A DNA stretch of 64,000 bases from the NCBI GenBank assembly GCA_002269645.1, contig NIVC01002142.1:12472-76471 (forward strand). Direction: 5' to 3'. The position numbers were made by a program, and so were the translations under genes. This document shows, piece after piece, positions 37,658 to 50,814 of the stretch (positions are counted from its first letter, which is position 1; every line of letters begins with the position of its first letter). The notes below the pieces were generated by a model, which did not search any database, had not been told where the DNA came from, and saw nothing but the letters and a program-made list of their open reading frames with translations. The DNA comes from Macrostomum lignano. Taxonomy: Eukaryota.

Positions 37658-38452
37658 TCAATCCAAGTGTTCTTGCAAACTTTGCACCTGTTCAATAGCC
37701 ACTGCCAGCAGCCGGCAGATCAAGCCTCGCTGTCCAGTGCAGCAATATCTGTCCAAATGCACGGGCTGGAATTGCAGCAGTTGACTAGCACAATCTTTCG
37801 GCACTGTGCCAAAGAATCGCCGCTCCAGCTCCATGGCGGACATGTCGTACACAGATTCCAACAGGTAGCGCCAGGTCATTGGTCGGCCCTGCCAGTACTG
37901 CGGATGATGCTCGTTGCGGCTGTAGTGCAGCTGCAGGCCTCTCTGCCAGGCCTCTTCATCTGGTTGGCCCAGTTGGTTGCTGGGGTACCAGCGCTGCGCG
38001 TAGGTTACTGTCTCAACAAACTCGAACTTGCTGTCATCGTGTCGATCGATCTGTTCATCCGTGGGATCCAGCTCCGGCTGAAGCTCCGGTGTTAGGCAGC
38101 CTTCTGTTAGCAGAATCTTCTTCACTTGGCCCACCATTACACCGTTGAATAGCTGATAGCAGTGCTTCACTTGGGATTTGTGACGGTTCACATACTCATA
38201 ATAAGTCTTCACATTCAGGTCCAACCATAGCAGCTTAGTAAAGTCGTGAACGTCTGGTATTTCTGCAGCTGACTTGCGCAGCATCTGCAGCTCCGACTCA
38301 GCCAGCAGTTGCCTGTCGCTAGGCCAAAGCGATAAAATTATTTTCATTATGCAGCCGTATGGCGAGAGCAGGCGTAAACTCTCTCGCTGTCCAGATTGGA
38401 CACCTGCGGTGCTGATGAATTTCTCTTTGGTATCCGCCGCTGCCATCTGCAT
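37658..38452 (-). CDS. Intronless HD-superfamily protein, DUF5662-like (264 aa)
   Basis: Single ORF with YVNRHK, RHDDSKF, HYSRNEHHPQYW, MTWRYLLESVYD. This matches the H..HD.SK..H...N.HH..YW..E...D pattern I recall for DUF5662. Confidence 0.72.
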   Translation of the reverse strand: MQMAAADTKEKFISTAGVQSGQRESLRLLSPYGCIMKIILSLWPSDRQLLAESELQMLRKSAAEIPDVHDFTKLLWLDLNVKTYYEYVNRHKSQVKHCYQLFNGVMVGQVKKILLTEGCLTPELQPELDPTDEQIDRHDDSKFEFVETVTYAQRWYPSNQLGQPDEEAWQRGLQLHYSRNEHHPQYWQGRPMTWRYLLESVYDMSAMELERRFFGTVPKDCASQLLQFQPVHLDRYCCTGQRGLICRLLAVAIEQVQSLQEHLD

Positions 38453-39310
38453 TGTTGCGGATTTGCTGTTGTTGAAGCTCTCGCTAATTTTTTGTGGTAT
38501 TTGCAGACTGCTCTAAGCTTTAGGTTCCTACAAATGGGATAATTCTTGTGCTGCAATGGCTAAAATTAATTTCTCAAACTGCATCTGAACGGTGAAATCT
38601 CTGGTGTGAATGCAGTAAACAAGCCGAGAGGTGGTGCCATGGAATTGCCGCGGCCTCCCCATGGACTTCACTGCATGGGCAGTACATACATATAGTTAGG
38701 CATTTAGATCTCCTGCACAGCATACTCTGCTCTAGCGCGAGTGTAATGTGTAATCGGAAACTTCATTTCGCTATATTTTGTTCGTCCCTCTTTTTACGAT
38801 TCTAAAAGATGTCGTACTATATTACGAGCGTATTCGAGCTATGCATATATGCATGTCTCCTAGTAGCGAGTCCTAGCCATGATGTTAATTAGAAAAATTA
38901 AATTGTATTGAACGTATAACTTACAACCAGCTTTAGCTGATTTAAACACCCTTTATTTTTAGGCTAGCTATCTCCTTCTTTGAGATATTACTGTTCACAC
39001 GTACATGTTGCTCGTTCCTCAAAAAACGAAGCAATTAAAAATATGACAATTAAAAGGTACGCGTAGATTGCACTATAGGCTGCTATTTTCTGTGCACCAA
39101 GTGACCGATCGGCAGTTCGCTTCAGAAATGCACGTGATATGTCGTACTCGTACTCGGTTCTAAGCTATCTAGTTTTATCCTTCGATATAGAGCACCGTCT
39201 ATCTTTACTTTTTACCACGTGTATTTTTTGGGTTTTATTGACCTGAAACAAATTCCTTATGATCTAAAACAATATGCTGCAATTGTAGCTGATACATGAC
39301 ATGCACATGC

Positions 39311-39491
39311 ATATTTCCATTGTTCATTTGCTTGCACAGTATATATTGCACTTTTATTCATGTATGCTAGATATATAGTAGCACTTTTTAGCATATATAT
39401 AGCATATATATTAGCATACATGTCTTATATACCTAGCATACATAAATAAAATGCTATGTATACAGTGCAAGCAAATGAACAATGGAAATAT
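39311..39491. mobile_element. ~180-bp hairpin/MITE
   Basis: Perfect 27-bp inverted repeat ATATTTCCATTGTTCATTTGCTTGCAC (39311-39337 and 39465-39491), continuing imperfectly inward. Confidence 0.75.
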
Positions 39492-41686
39492 TCTTGGTCT
39501 ATTTACTTGGCATCGATTTTTCGCTTTCGAGTTGCATTTTCACTGGCAACAAGTAATCAGTAAACAGGGAAACATGATTATTTTAATTTTAAATTGAAAT
39601 AGAAACAAAAAAATCGTAACTTTAAAAATTCGAGTTTTAAATCTAGAAAAGTTTCTGCGCACAAAACGATTTGTTTTTCTAAGTGTGCATCACTAAGTGG
39701 CTATGATTTAACTGTTGATATTCTTGGAAGTCAGTTTAGTGTCAGTGTCAGTCATTACTCGAGGCCGTCAAGGGGCACAAAATTTTTTATTTATTTGATT
39801 GAGATTACCAGAATGCTAGAAAGTGCAGTTCATTAACTTTTTGTCATGCAATGCATATTACCCATTTGAATAATATTTCATTCCGTCAGATGCAAATCTG
39901 AATATCACACTTTCTTAGAATTTCATTTTAGTGAGAGATTAAGAGTAATTTTTATTATTAATAATTATTATAACTAAAAAAATTATATGTATGACAATTC
40001 AGTTGCAATAAAAAATCGGGTTAAACATCTTGCTTGTAGTTGCATTTGGAATCAAGATTTTTTCTTGGCCCTGGTATAGTAGGCCTATTACTATTAACTA
40101 AGTACAGTATTATTAGTAAGACCTATATTCTATTCTAATTTCTTGATCCTATTTTAATTTCTATGCATTTATACCCATAAAGTCTTGTTGAAGTCTTTGA
40201 AAATATTTTACTTATTAAGTTATAAACATTTTTATTATGCTAAAAGAACAACTTTAGTCTTTAGATAACTTTGTTTTATTGACAAGGCAGTGATTATTTG
40301 TCCGGTACCAGCTGAGCTGCGTGAATTTATATGCCACTCTGCACATCTTTTCTAGCAAGGTATACTAGCAACTAGTGTAATGTTAGAGTGTCTTCCTGAT
40401 GATTAGTCAGTACTGAGTTCAAATCTGTAGTGATGACTCCACTTTTTATTGTAACAATTCCAATTTTTATTATTGTAACATATTGTTACTGTAAAATATG
40501 TTAAAATGTAACAAAATGTAACAGTATTGTTACATATTGTTACATTTTAATATTGTAACAATTGTAATAACTATAAGTCCTTACTTTGGCATTTGTGTTA
40601 TATAGCAGCAAATCTTGTTATTAATTTTGACTATACTATGACTACTATTTACTATGAAATTAAAACATACCAATATGTATAAAATAAAATATAATAAAGG
40701 TAAAACTTATACAAAACTGCTAGATTGGGCAATGACATATAGACTAGGCCTATGCCCAAGTATTTTTTGCCAAAATTTCTAGAATTTCTGAGAAATAGCA
40801 CTATTTAATCACATCAAATTTTTTCTGCTTTCTAGCCTAAAAGTAAACTGCTACTTTTTTAGTATTCCCTATATTTTACAAGTTTTTATCGTATATCTAC
40901 ATCTATACTGCGCCGGACAAATAACTTTACTATTATTTATCTGGTACTAGACAAATAATAGTTACGTTATTCATCTAATACTGGACAAATAGTCACTGCC
41001 TATTGACAAACTTGCATAGCTTGTTTTAACTATTGAAAAATTTTATTTCATCTATATTCTTACATTTTAGGTCTATTAACAAATTTAAAATAAACCCTTC
41101 TGCAATAGAAGAAATTTGATATATTGAATATGCTATACTATATTAGTGTTTAACTTGTATTGCTTTAGTTTACCCCGTTATTATAAAATGGGTACCAACA
41201 TTAGCTAGAAACTGAAGGTGTATAGCAACCTAGTTCTTGGACTGAATAGCTATACTAGTATTAGACACAAGTCTAATAAAAAAGATTATTAGGTATAAAA
41301 TTTTTATTAAAATTAATTGACTAATATTAAGAATTTTGTATTTATAGATTGATAACTTTGTATTAATAATTTATGAGTTTATAATAAATTTATTGTTCTA
41401 GCACTTATTGTAATGCCAATAAGACCAAAAGTTATATATAGACCTATAATATTTGCTGTTGAATATTAAATACCACAAGGCTATAACATTCTATATATGG
41501 TTATATAGTGACATTTAATTTGTATTGCTAAGATATCTAGTTATAATTTCTTAGGATTTTCTATATTGATAGCATAGATTTACATATTTATGCTAGATGT
41601 AATTGTGTTAAGTTAAAAAACTTTTATCAGGGATTATTGCTATTGCTATTAAAATTTAAATTCAATACTTAATACTTTCTGACAAG

Positions 41687-44600
41687 ATGAATGGCAATAA
41701 CTCTGCAATTAGTTTGGATGAACATGTCAGTAATGGCAATGGCATAGCTGCTAAATCTAGCAAACCAATGAGACAAAACAGCACCTACTCTGACTGGGAG
41801 GTCGAAAAGAACAAGAATAAGCAGTTTCATGAAGACTTCACAATTAATAATTTCTTCTGGTAAGAAACAAGCTGTGAATGCTGTATGAAAACACTTGGTT
41901 GTTTTCTAGGGCTATGATGCTAGATTAGCAATCATTGTATTCATTCATCTATGATATTGGATAGATTAGTAATCATCATATTCCTTCATCCATGATATTG
42001 GCTAGATTAGCAATCTATTCTATTCATTCATCCATGATGTTGGCTAGATTAGCAATCTATTCTATTCATTCATCCATGATGTTGGCTAGATTAGCAATCT
42101 ATTCTATTCATTCATCCATGATGTTGGCTAGATTAGCAATCTATTCTATTCATTCATTCATGATATTGGCTGGATTAGCAATCCATTCTATTCCTTCATC
42201 CATGATATTGGCTAGATTAGCAATCTATTCTATTCCTTCATCCATGATTTTGGCTAGATTAGCAATCCATTCTATTTCTTCATCCATGATATTGGCTAGA
42301 TTGGCAATCCATTCTATTCCTTTATCCATGATTTTGGCTAGATTAGCAATCCATTCTATTCCTTTATCAATGACATTGGCTAGATTAGCAATCCATTCTA
42401 TTCCTTCATCCATGATGTTGGCTAGATTAGCAATCCATTCTATTTCTTCATCCATGATGTTGGCTAGATTAGCAATCCATTCTATTCCTTCATCCATGAC
42501 ATTAGCTAGATTAGCAATCATCATATTCCTTCATCCATGATGTTGGCTAGAGTAGCAATCCATTCTATTCCTTCATCCATGATATTGTCTAGATTAGCAA
42601 TCCATTCTATGCATTCATCCATGATATTGGCTAGATTGGCAATTCATTCTATTCCTTCATCCATGATATTGTCTAGATTAGCAATCCATTCTATTCCTTC
42701 ATCCATGATATTGTCTAGATTAGCAATCCATTCTATGCATTCATCCATGATATTGGCTAGATTAGCAGTCCATTCTATTCATTCATCCATGATGTTGGCT
42801 AGATTAGCTATCCATTCTATTCCTTCATCCATGACATTGGCTAGATTAGTAATCCACTTTACTATCATTAGCAGTGTCATACACGACACGCAAGCATTCC
42901 TACTGTAAGTAGCAATCAGAGAAATTGTCAACTCGCAACCGCAGGCGGACGCACACGATAACCTGTCTGGTGGTTCTGTGTGGCACCTTGATCTACGTGA
43001 CCGGATTCGAGGAGCCCAGCGCCAACACGGAGTTCAATACTAAGCGCGGTATTCTAGCCGTACTGCTCGTGTTTCTCTTCTACGGGGTCATCTACACGCC
43101 CGATGGGCCGTTCGTGCGGCCTCACCCGGCCTTCTGGCGATTCGTTCTCTGTCTGAGCGTAGCCTACGAGCTCGGCCTCATATTTATCTTGTTCCAGGTG
43201 CGAAGTCCCAGACTGGCCTGATTTTGTCATGTGGGGGCTTCGGAGAGTATTGCATAAAGCATTTATGTATTTATGTAAAGCTAGAGCTCGTATGTGGGAT
43301 TCAGGATTCAGGTATAGTGGTGTACATTCACAGTATAGTAGTGTACATTCACAGTATAGTGGTGTACATTCACAGTATAGTAGTGTACATTCACAGTATA
43401 GTGGTGTACATTCACAGTATAGTAGTGTACATTCACAGTATAGTAGTGTACATTCACAGTATAGTAGTGTACATTCACAGTATAGTAGTGTACATTCACA
43501 TTATAGTAGTGCACATTCACAGTATAGTAGTGTACATTCACATTATAGTAGTGTACATTCACAGTATAGTAGTGTACATTCACAGTATAGTAGTGTACAT
43601 ATTCACAATGTGTCAGCACTATGTACAGTACACTTACGCGTACCTGATGTGCCAATAGCAAGATGGGAAGTCGGGATTGTGGAATTTTTTTTTCCAAAAA
43701 CACAGTTCCAATTTGATCCAATTAGTGTGATATTTCACTAAGCTAGCTGTCTGTGCCTTCTGTCGTGCCTATTGACTGTACTCTGTAAATCAGATAGTAC
43801 TTTAGTACAGTCAGTTAGTACGGTCGTATATTGTAAACTGAATTATCCTTTAGTTTGCGTGCTGCTCAAGCTCAATTTCCGGAATCCTTTGAAGTTCTCT
43901 TCTCTCTAGCCCAAATTTTAATTTCCTTACCTCTTTCTCTCCTCCCCTGCCTTTATTCTTTATTATCCTTTCTTAATAAGCTGCGCGCCATTCTTAACTG
44001 TTCCTGCTATCCTCCTCGTGAGCTTGTTTGCATGTAGCTAGACTGCGCTAGTTATATTGCTTTGCCTTGTCTCTTTAATCCCCCCTTTTTGGCCTGTTCT
44101 TTGTGTAGTCATTACCATTAATTAATTTAGCGTTCGAATATCCTTTTTTGCTGTTTCTTTGTCTTTATTGTGGTTAGAAACTTGAATATGTCAATAGTAT
44201 CTCCCATTTGTTAGGTCTTTTAGAGAAATGCCAAAGCTAAAAACTAGAACAACTCATTAGTTATCTTCTTGGCAAGAGTAAATCAAATTATTTGCTGTTT
44301 TGTGATTGGTTATGGAAAATAGGACAAGCTGTTCTCTTATTGGTTGTGAAGAATCTGACAAGATGTTATCTGATTGTTTGAGAAGAATATGACAGGCTGT
44401 TCTCTGATTGGCTGTGAAGAATCTGACAAGCTGTGTTTTGATTGGCTGTGAAGAATCTGACGAGCTGTTTTTTGATTGGCTGTGAAGAATCTGACAAGCT
44501 GTTATCTGATTGTTTGAGAAGAATATGACAGGCTGTTCTCTGATTGGCTGTGAAGAATCTGACAAGCTGTGTTTTGATTGGCTGTGAAGAATCTGACGAG

Positions 44601-45397
44601 CTGTTTTTTGATTGGCTGTGAAGAATCTGACAAGCTGTTTTTTGATTGGCTGTGAAGAATCTCACAAGCTGTTTTTTGATTGGCTGTGAAGAATCTTGGC
44701 TGTGAACAAGCTGTTTTTTATTGGTTCTGAAGATCTTGGCTGCGAACAAGCTGTTTTTTGACTGGTTGTGAAGAATCTGACAAGCTGTTCTCTGATTAGC
44801 TGTGAAGAATCTGACAAGCTGTTTTCTGATTGGCTGTGAAGAATCTTGGCTGTGAACAAGCTGTTTTTTATTGGTTCTGAAGATCTTGGCTGCGAACAAG
44901 CTGTTTTTTGACTGGTTGTGAAGAATCTGACAAGCTGTTCTCTGATTAGCTGTGAAGAATCTGACAAGCTGTTTTCTGATTGGCTGTGAAGAATCTTGGC
45001 TGTGAACAAGCTGTTTTTTATTGGTTCTGAAGATCTTGGCTGCGAACAAGCTGTTTTTTGACTGGTTGTGAAGAATCTGACAAGCTGTTCTCTGATTGGC
45101 TGTGAAGAATCTGACAAGCTGTTCTCTGATTAGCTGTGAAGAATCTGACAAGCTGTTCTCTGATTAGCTGTGAAGAATCTGACAAGCTGTTCTCTGATTG
45201 GCTGTGAAGAATCTGACGAGCTGTTCTCTGATTGTTACAGTTATTACAGTTTTATTTGAATCTCTCTTGAATCTCTGAGAGAGAGAGAGGAGGGCACCTC
45301 CAATCTCAGGCCCTGACACGGTAGAAAGGACTGAACAAAGTCAATATAGTTGGATTGCCGATATTTCGAATTAGGTAAATTTTTCGTCAGGGCTGGA

Positions 45398-45484
<87 letters not shown>

Positions 45485-48027
45485 CTTCCCCTTCCCCACC
45501 GCTCCAGAACGTCCACGACGCCAGAAAGCTTTTGCGCTACTTCGACCCTGAGCTCGGCCGGCCCCTGCCAGAGAAGGACTACGGCGGCAACTGCTTGATC
45601 TACGATCCGGCCAACGCCACTGATCCGTTTCACAATGTCTGGGACAAACTGGACGGCTTTGTGACCGTGCATTTCTTCGGCTGGTGGCTTAAAACTCTCA
45701 TATTGCGAGACTATTGGCTCTGCTGCGTGCTCAGCTTTATGTTCGAGATACTGGAGTACACGCTTGAGCACCAGCTGCCCAACTTCTCCGAGTGCTGGTG
45801 GGATCACGTGAGTTCAATTTGAATAATAATAATTGATTGCACCTGCCCTAATTGGGCCAGGTGTGCAACCGACAGCTCAGCCGCAGCTATTGCGCGGCGC
45901 ATCTGAAGGCTGGGGGTGGCCACACACACCCTCAATTACCCCAGCTAATGCTGGCACCCATTCTACAACTATTTTACAGCACCACTAGGCTACAAAACAT
46001 CCTTTTTTAGCTTTTTTATATCATACAAAGTAGTTTTTATGAAATATGAGTAACCAATGACACTGTAGGAAAGTTGCGGGCACCCTGCCGCAAGCAATCC
46101 ATTCAGTTTGAAAGGCCAAGCTGGCACCCTGAGATCGAATATTTTCAGTCGCGTTCGAACTAATTAATTAACCTATTCAAGCTTAAATTTTGCAACAATA
46201 TACGTACGATTTAGCAAGCTGTCTATTAATTGAAATTTTCCAGTGGATCATGGACTTCCTACTATGCAACGGGCTGGGCATTGTGATGGGCATGAAGACC
46301 TGCAACTACCTGTCATTGAAGCCGTATTACTGGACCTCAATGTGGAACATCCCGGGCTACAAGTGAGTCTCATGTGAATCCCCATCAGATTCAGTGAAAT
46401 CCCCATCAGATTCAGTGAAATCCTCATCAGATTCACTGAAATCCCAATCAGATTCAGTGAAATCCCCATCAGATTTACCAGTTAGATCCCCATCAGATTC
46501 AGTGAAATCCCAATCAGATTCAGTGAGATCCCATCAGATTCAGTGAAGTCCCCATCAGATTCAGTGAAATGCTCATCAAATTCAGTGAGATCCCATCAGA
46601 TTCAGTGAAATCCCCATTAGATTCAGTGAAATCCCCATCAGATTCAGTGAAATCCCCATCAGATTCAGTGAAATCCTCATCAGATTCACTGAAATCCCAA
46701 TCAGATTCAGTGAAATCCTCATCAGATTCACTGAAATCCCAATCAAATTCAGTGAGATCCCATCAGATTCAGTGAAATCCCCATCAGATTCAGTGAAATC
46801 CTCATCAGATTCACTGAAATCCCAATCAAATTCAGTGAGATCCCATCAGATTCAGTGAAATCCCCATCAGATTCAGTGAAATCTCAATCAGATTCAGTAA
46901 GATCCCCATCAAATTCAGTGAAATCCCCATCAGATTCAGTGAGATCCCATCAGATTCAGTGAAATCCCCATTAGATTCAGTGAAATCCCCATCAGATTCA
47001 GTGAAATCCCCATCAGATTCAGTGAAATCCCCATCAGATTCAGTGAAATCCCCATTAGATTCAGTAAAATCCTCATCAGATTTAGTGAAATCCCAATCAG
47101 ATTCAGTGAGATCCCATCAGATTCACTGAAATCCCCATCAGATTCAGTGAAATCCCAATCAGATTCAGTGAAATCCCCATCAGATTCAGTGAGATCCCAT
47201 CAGATTCAGTGAAATCCCCATCAGATTCAGTGAAATCCCCATTAGATTCAGTGAAATCCTCATCAGATTCAGTGAAATCAACATCAGATTCGGTGAAATC
47301 CCCTTCAGATTCAATGAGATCCCCATCAGATTCAGTGAAATCCCCTTCAGATTCATTGAAATCCCCATCAGATTCAGTGAAATCCCCATTAGGTGCACAG
47401 TCGTCAGTTTTAGAGATTGAGATATAAAACGTCACGCACGCGCACCGCTAATTGCATCAATTTCGCATCTTCAAAGGTTTCTTACTTGGAGGCCCCCAAG
47501 TCTTGAGCTCAGGGTCATCATTAGACTGAAGAGTTACTAGTAAGGTTGAGTATTATTTTAGCCATAGGCAGGTTTCAGTACGCATTAAGTCAAATTCCTG
47601 GTCTTGTGCTTCTCAAACATATAATTGGTTTTGTTGTAGTTTACAACGTGTTCAGTCAGTCTAGTCTTCGGACACTTGCATACGGTTTTAGTTTTATGCG
47701 GTAGATTCTTGGTAGGGAAATTTTGTTCGCGATTTTCTCTTTCAAGGGGCAAACTGAAGCGGTTCGTGCTGCAGTTCACGCCCTATCGATGGACCGACTT
47801 CGACTGGACGCCGACCAAGTCGTTCAGGCGCTGGGTGATCATGCTCATGGTCATCGCCATGTTCCTGCTGGCCGAGGTCAACACCTTCTATTTGAAGTAC
47901 GTGCTGTGGGTGCCGCCTCCGCACTTCCTGTGCCTCGGCCGCCTCGTCTTCTTCCTGTTTATGGGCGCCACCGCGATGCGAGAGGTCTTCCAGTACCTGG
48001 ATGATCCGTGAGTGCCGGCTGCCTGCC

Positions 48028-48103
<76 letters not shown>

Positions 48104-48229
48104 AGCCTTTCTGTCTGTCTGTCTGTCTGTCTGTCTGACTGTCTGTCTGTCTGTCTGTCTGTCTGTCTGCCTGTCTGTCTGTCTGCCTGTCTGCCTGTCT
48201 GTCTGTCTGTCTGTCTGTCTGTCAGCCTT

Positions 48230-48260
<31 letters not shown>

Positions 48261-48263
48261 GAC

Positions 48264-48296
<33 letters not shown>

Positions 48297-48379
48297 GCCT
48301 GTCTGTCTGCCTGTCTGCCTGTCTGTCTGTCTGTCTGTCTGTCTGTCAGCCTTTCTGTCTGTCTGTCTGTCTGTCTGCC

Positions 48380-48414
<35 letters not shown>

Positions 48415-48507
48415 GTCTGTCTGCCTGCCTGTCTGTCTGCCTATCTGTCTGTCTGTCTGTCTGTCTGTCTCTGTCTGCCTGCTTGTCTGTCTGTATGCCT
48501 GTCTGCC

Positions 48508-48543
<36 letters not shown>

Positions 48544-48571
48544 AGCCTTTCTGTCTGTCTGTCTGTCTGAC

Positions 48572-48604
<33 letters not shown>

Positions 48605-48799
48605 GCCTGTCTGTCTTAGTGTCTGTCTGCCTGACTGTCTTAGTGTCTGTCTGTCTGTCTGTGTGTCTCTGTCTGCCTGTCTGTCTTAGTGTCTGTCTGT
48701 CTGTCTGTCTGTGTGTCTCTGTCTGTCTGTCTGTCTGTCTGTCTGCCTGTCTGTCTTAGTGTCTGTATGCCTGTCTGCCTGTCTGTCTGTCTGTGTGTC

Positions 48800-48830
<31 letters not shown>

Positions 48831-48853
48831 GCCTGTCTGTCTGTCTGTGTGTC

Positions 48854-48886
<33 letters not shown>

Positions 48887-48925
48887 ATGCCTGTCTGTCT
48901 GTCTGTCTGTCTGTCAGCCTGTCTC

Positions 48926-48966
<41 letters not shown>

Positions 48967-49015
48967 GTCTGTATGCCTGTCTGCCTGTCTGTCTGTCTGT
49001 CTGTCAGCCTGTCTT

Positions 49016-49060
<45 letters not shown>

Positions 49061-49061
49061 G

Positions 49062-49098
<37 letters not shown>

Positions 49099-49185
49099 GC
49101 CTGTCTGTCTGTCTGTCTTAGTGTCTGTCTGCCTGTCTGTCTTAGTGTCTGTATGCCTGTCTGCCTGTCTGTCTGTCTGTGTGTC

Positions 49186-49220
<35 letters not shown>

Positions 49221-49283
49221 GCCTGTCTGTCTGTCTGTCTGTCTGTATGCCTGTCTGTCTGTCTGTCTGTCTGTCTGTCAGCC

Positions 49284-49350
<67 letters not shown>

Positions 49351-49403
49351 GTCTGTATGCCTGTCTGCCTGTCTGTCTGTCTGTCTGTCTGTCAGCCTGT
49401 CTT

Positions 49404-49446
<43 letters not shown>

Positions 49447-49829
49447 GCCTGTCTGTCTCTCTGTATAAGGTGTGCCTCTCCGATTTACTTTGAACCGAGC
49501 GCGATGGGGTTGTATTAATCAAGCCGACAAAATCCCTCGTCGCCTCGCCAATTCCCATCGACACCAACCTCCTGCCCCACAGCAAGGCGAACAAGTTCGG
49601 CCGCCAGTCCTGGGTGATCTCCGCCATCATCATCACGGAGACGCTCATTTCGGTGAAGTTCGACCCGGCCACCGTGACTAAGCCGCTGCCGCGTCACGTG
49701 ATCATCATCTGGAGCGTGGGCTTCAGCCTGCTGTCCGCCTGGACGGTGTGGAACTTTTTTCTAAAGCGATTTTTCTACTCCCTGGCCGTTGCTAAGGAGA
49801 CAGCGTCACCGAAAACGAAAGTCAATTGA
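41687..49829 (+). CDS. PTDSS2: Phosphatidylserine synthase 2 (PSS family), ~450 aa, 6 coding exons
   Basis: Exons 41687-41859 (..NNFFW), 42945-43197 ([22 protein letters not shown]), 45508-45807 ([27 protein letters not shown]), 46244-46362 ([12 protein letters not shown]), 47747-48007 ([18 protein letters not shown]), 49583-49829. They sum to 1353 nt in frame. Confidence 0.94.
41905..42870 (+). repeat. 42-bp minisatellite (TCCATGATGTTGGCTAGATTAGCAATCTATTCTATTCATTCA), PTDSS2 intron 1
   Basis: About 22 degenerate copies. Confidence 0.93.
43310..43600 (+). repeat. 21-bp minisatellite (CACAGTATAGTAGTGTACATT), PTDSS2 intron 2
   Basis: Tandem copies seen directly. Confidence 0.93.
44300..45235 (+). 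repeat. ~33-bp minisatellite (TGATTGGCTGTGAAGAATCTGACAAGCTGTTCTC) with higher-order units
   Basis: Tandem copies; longer composite units recur at 44660-45110. Confidence 0.9.
45400..45482 (+). repeat. (GA)n microsatellite just upstream of the PTDSS2 exon 3 acceptor
   Basis: Seen directly. Confidence 0.95.
45850..45960 (-). mobile_element. Partial SINE family 2 copy
   Basis: GTGTGCAACCGACAGCTCAGCCGCAGCTATTGCGC is shared with about 15838-15875. Confidence 0.65.
46372..47392 (+). repeat. 21-bp minisatellite (CCCCATCAGATTCAGTGAAAT), PTDSS2 intron 4
   Basis: About 48 copies, starting almost at the donor site. Confidence 0.95.
48020..49462 (+). repeat. ~1.4-kb (CTGT)n microsatellite, PTDSS2 intron 5
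   Basis: Seen directly; explains the VCLS/DRQT pseudo-ORFs. Confidence 0.97.
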
Positions 49830-50019
49830 GAACGCGGACTCTGCCGAGCAGGCCTTGCGTTTGGTGCAATCTCAAATTGGTGATTTGTGAACTATTTAAA
49901 CTGCATTGGCATTCGCTGCTGGCTACTTATAGTAGCGGCTTGCGTTTTACAGCAATGTTTTGTTTAATACTAAGAAAATTAATTTTAAATATTGGGCCAA
50001 TCACTCAGCCGGTTACCGA

Positions 50020-50770
50020 CTTGGGACTAATCAATGAGCCCAATGACCGGACTGGGACTAATCAATGACCCAATTAATGAGCCCAATGACCGAACTGGGA
50101 CTAATCAATGACCGAATCATGAGCCCAATGACCGAACTGGGACTAATCAATGACCCAATTAATGAGCCCAATGACCGAACTGGGACTAATCAATGACCCA
50201 ATTAATGAGCCCAATGACCGGACTGGGACTAATCAATGACCCAATTAATGAGCCCAATGACCGAACTGGGACTAATCAATGACCCAATTAATGAGCCCAA
50301 TGACCGAACTGGGACTAATCAATGACCCAATTAATGAGCCCAATGACCGAACTGGGACTAATCAATGACCCAATTAATGAGCCCAATGACCGAACTGGGA
50401 CTAATCAATGACCCAATTAATGAGCCCAATGACCGAACTGGGACTAATCAATGACCCAATTAATGAGCCCAATGACCGAACTGGGACTAATCAATGACCC
50501 AATTAATGAGCCCAATGACCAGACTGGGACTAATCAATGACCCAATTAATGAGCCCAATGACCGAACTGGGACTAATCAATGACCCAATTAATGAGCCCA
50601 ATGACCGAACTGGGACTAATCAATGACCCAATTAATGAGCCCAATGACCGAACTGGGACTAATCAATGACCCAATTAATGAGCCCAATGACCGAACTAGG
50701 ACTAATCAATGACCGAATCATGAGCCCAATGACCGAACTGGGACTAATCAATGACCCAATTAATGAGCCT
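50020..50770 (+). repeat. 43-bp minisatellite (GGGACTAATCAATGACCCAATTAATGAGCCCAATGACCGAACT)
   Basis: About 17 near-perfect copies downstream of PTDSS2. Confidence 0.95.
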
Positions 50771-50814
50771 TTGGGTGTTGAGCCATGACCCGAATTCGGG
50801 CCATCCGTCTGCTC

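Noticed and set aside
48008-49672. Long VCLS/DRQT ORFs
   Set aside because: They come from the (CTGT)n microsatellite inside PTDSS2 intron 5.
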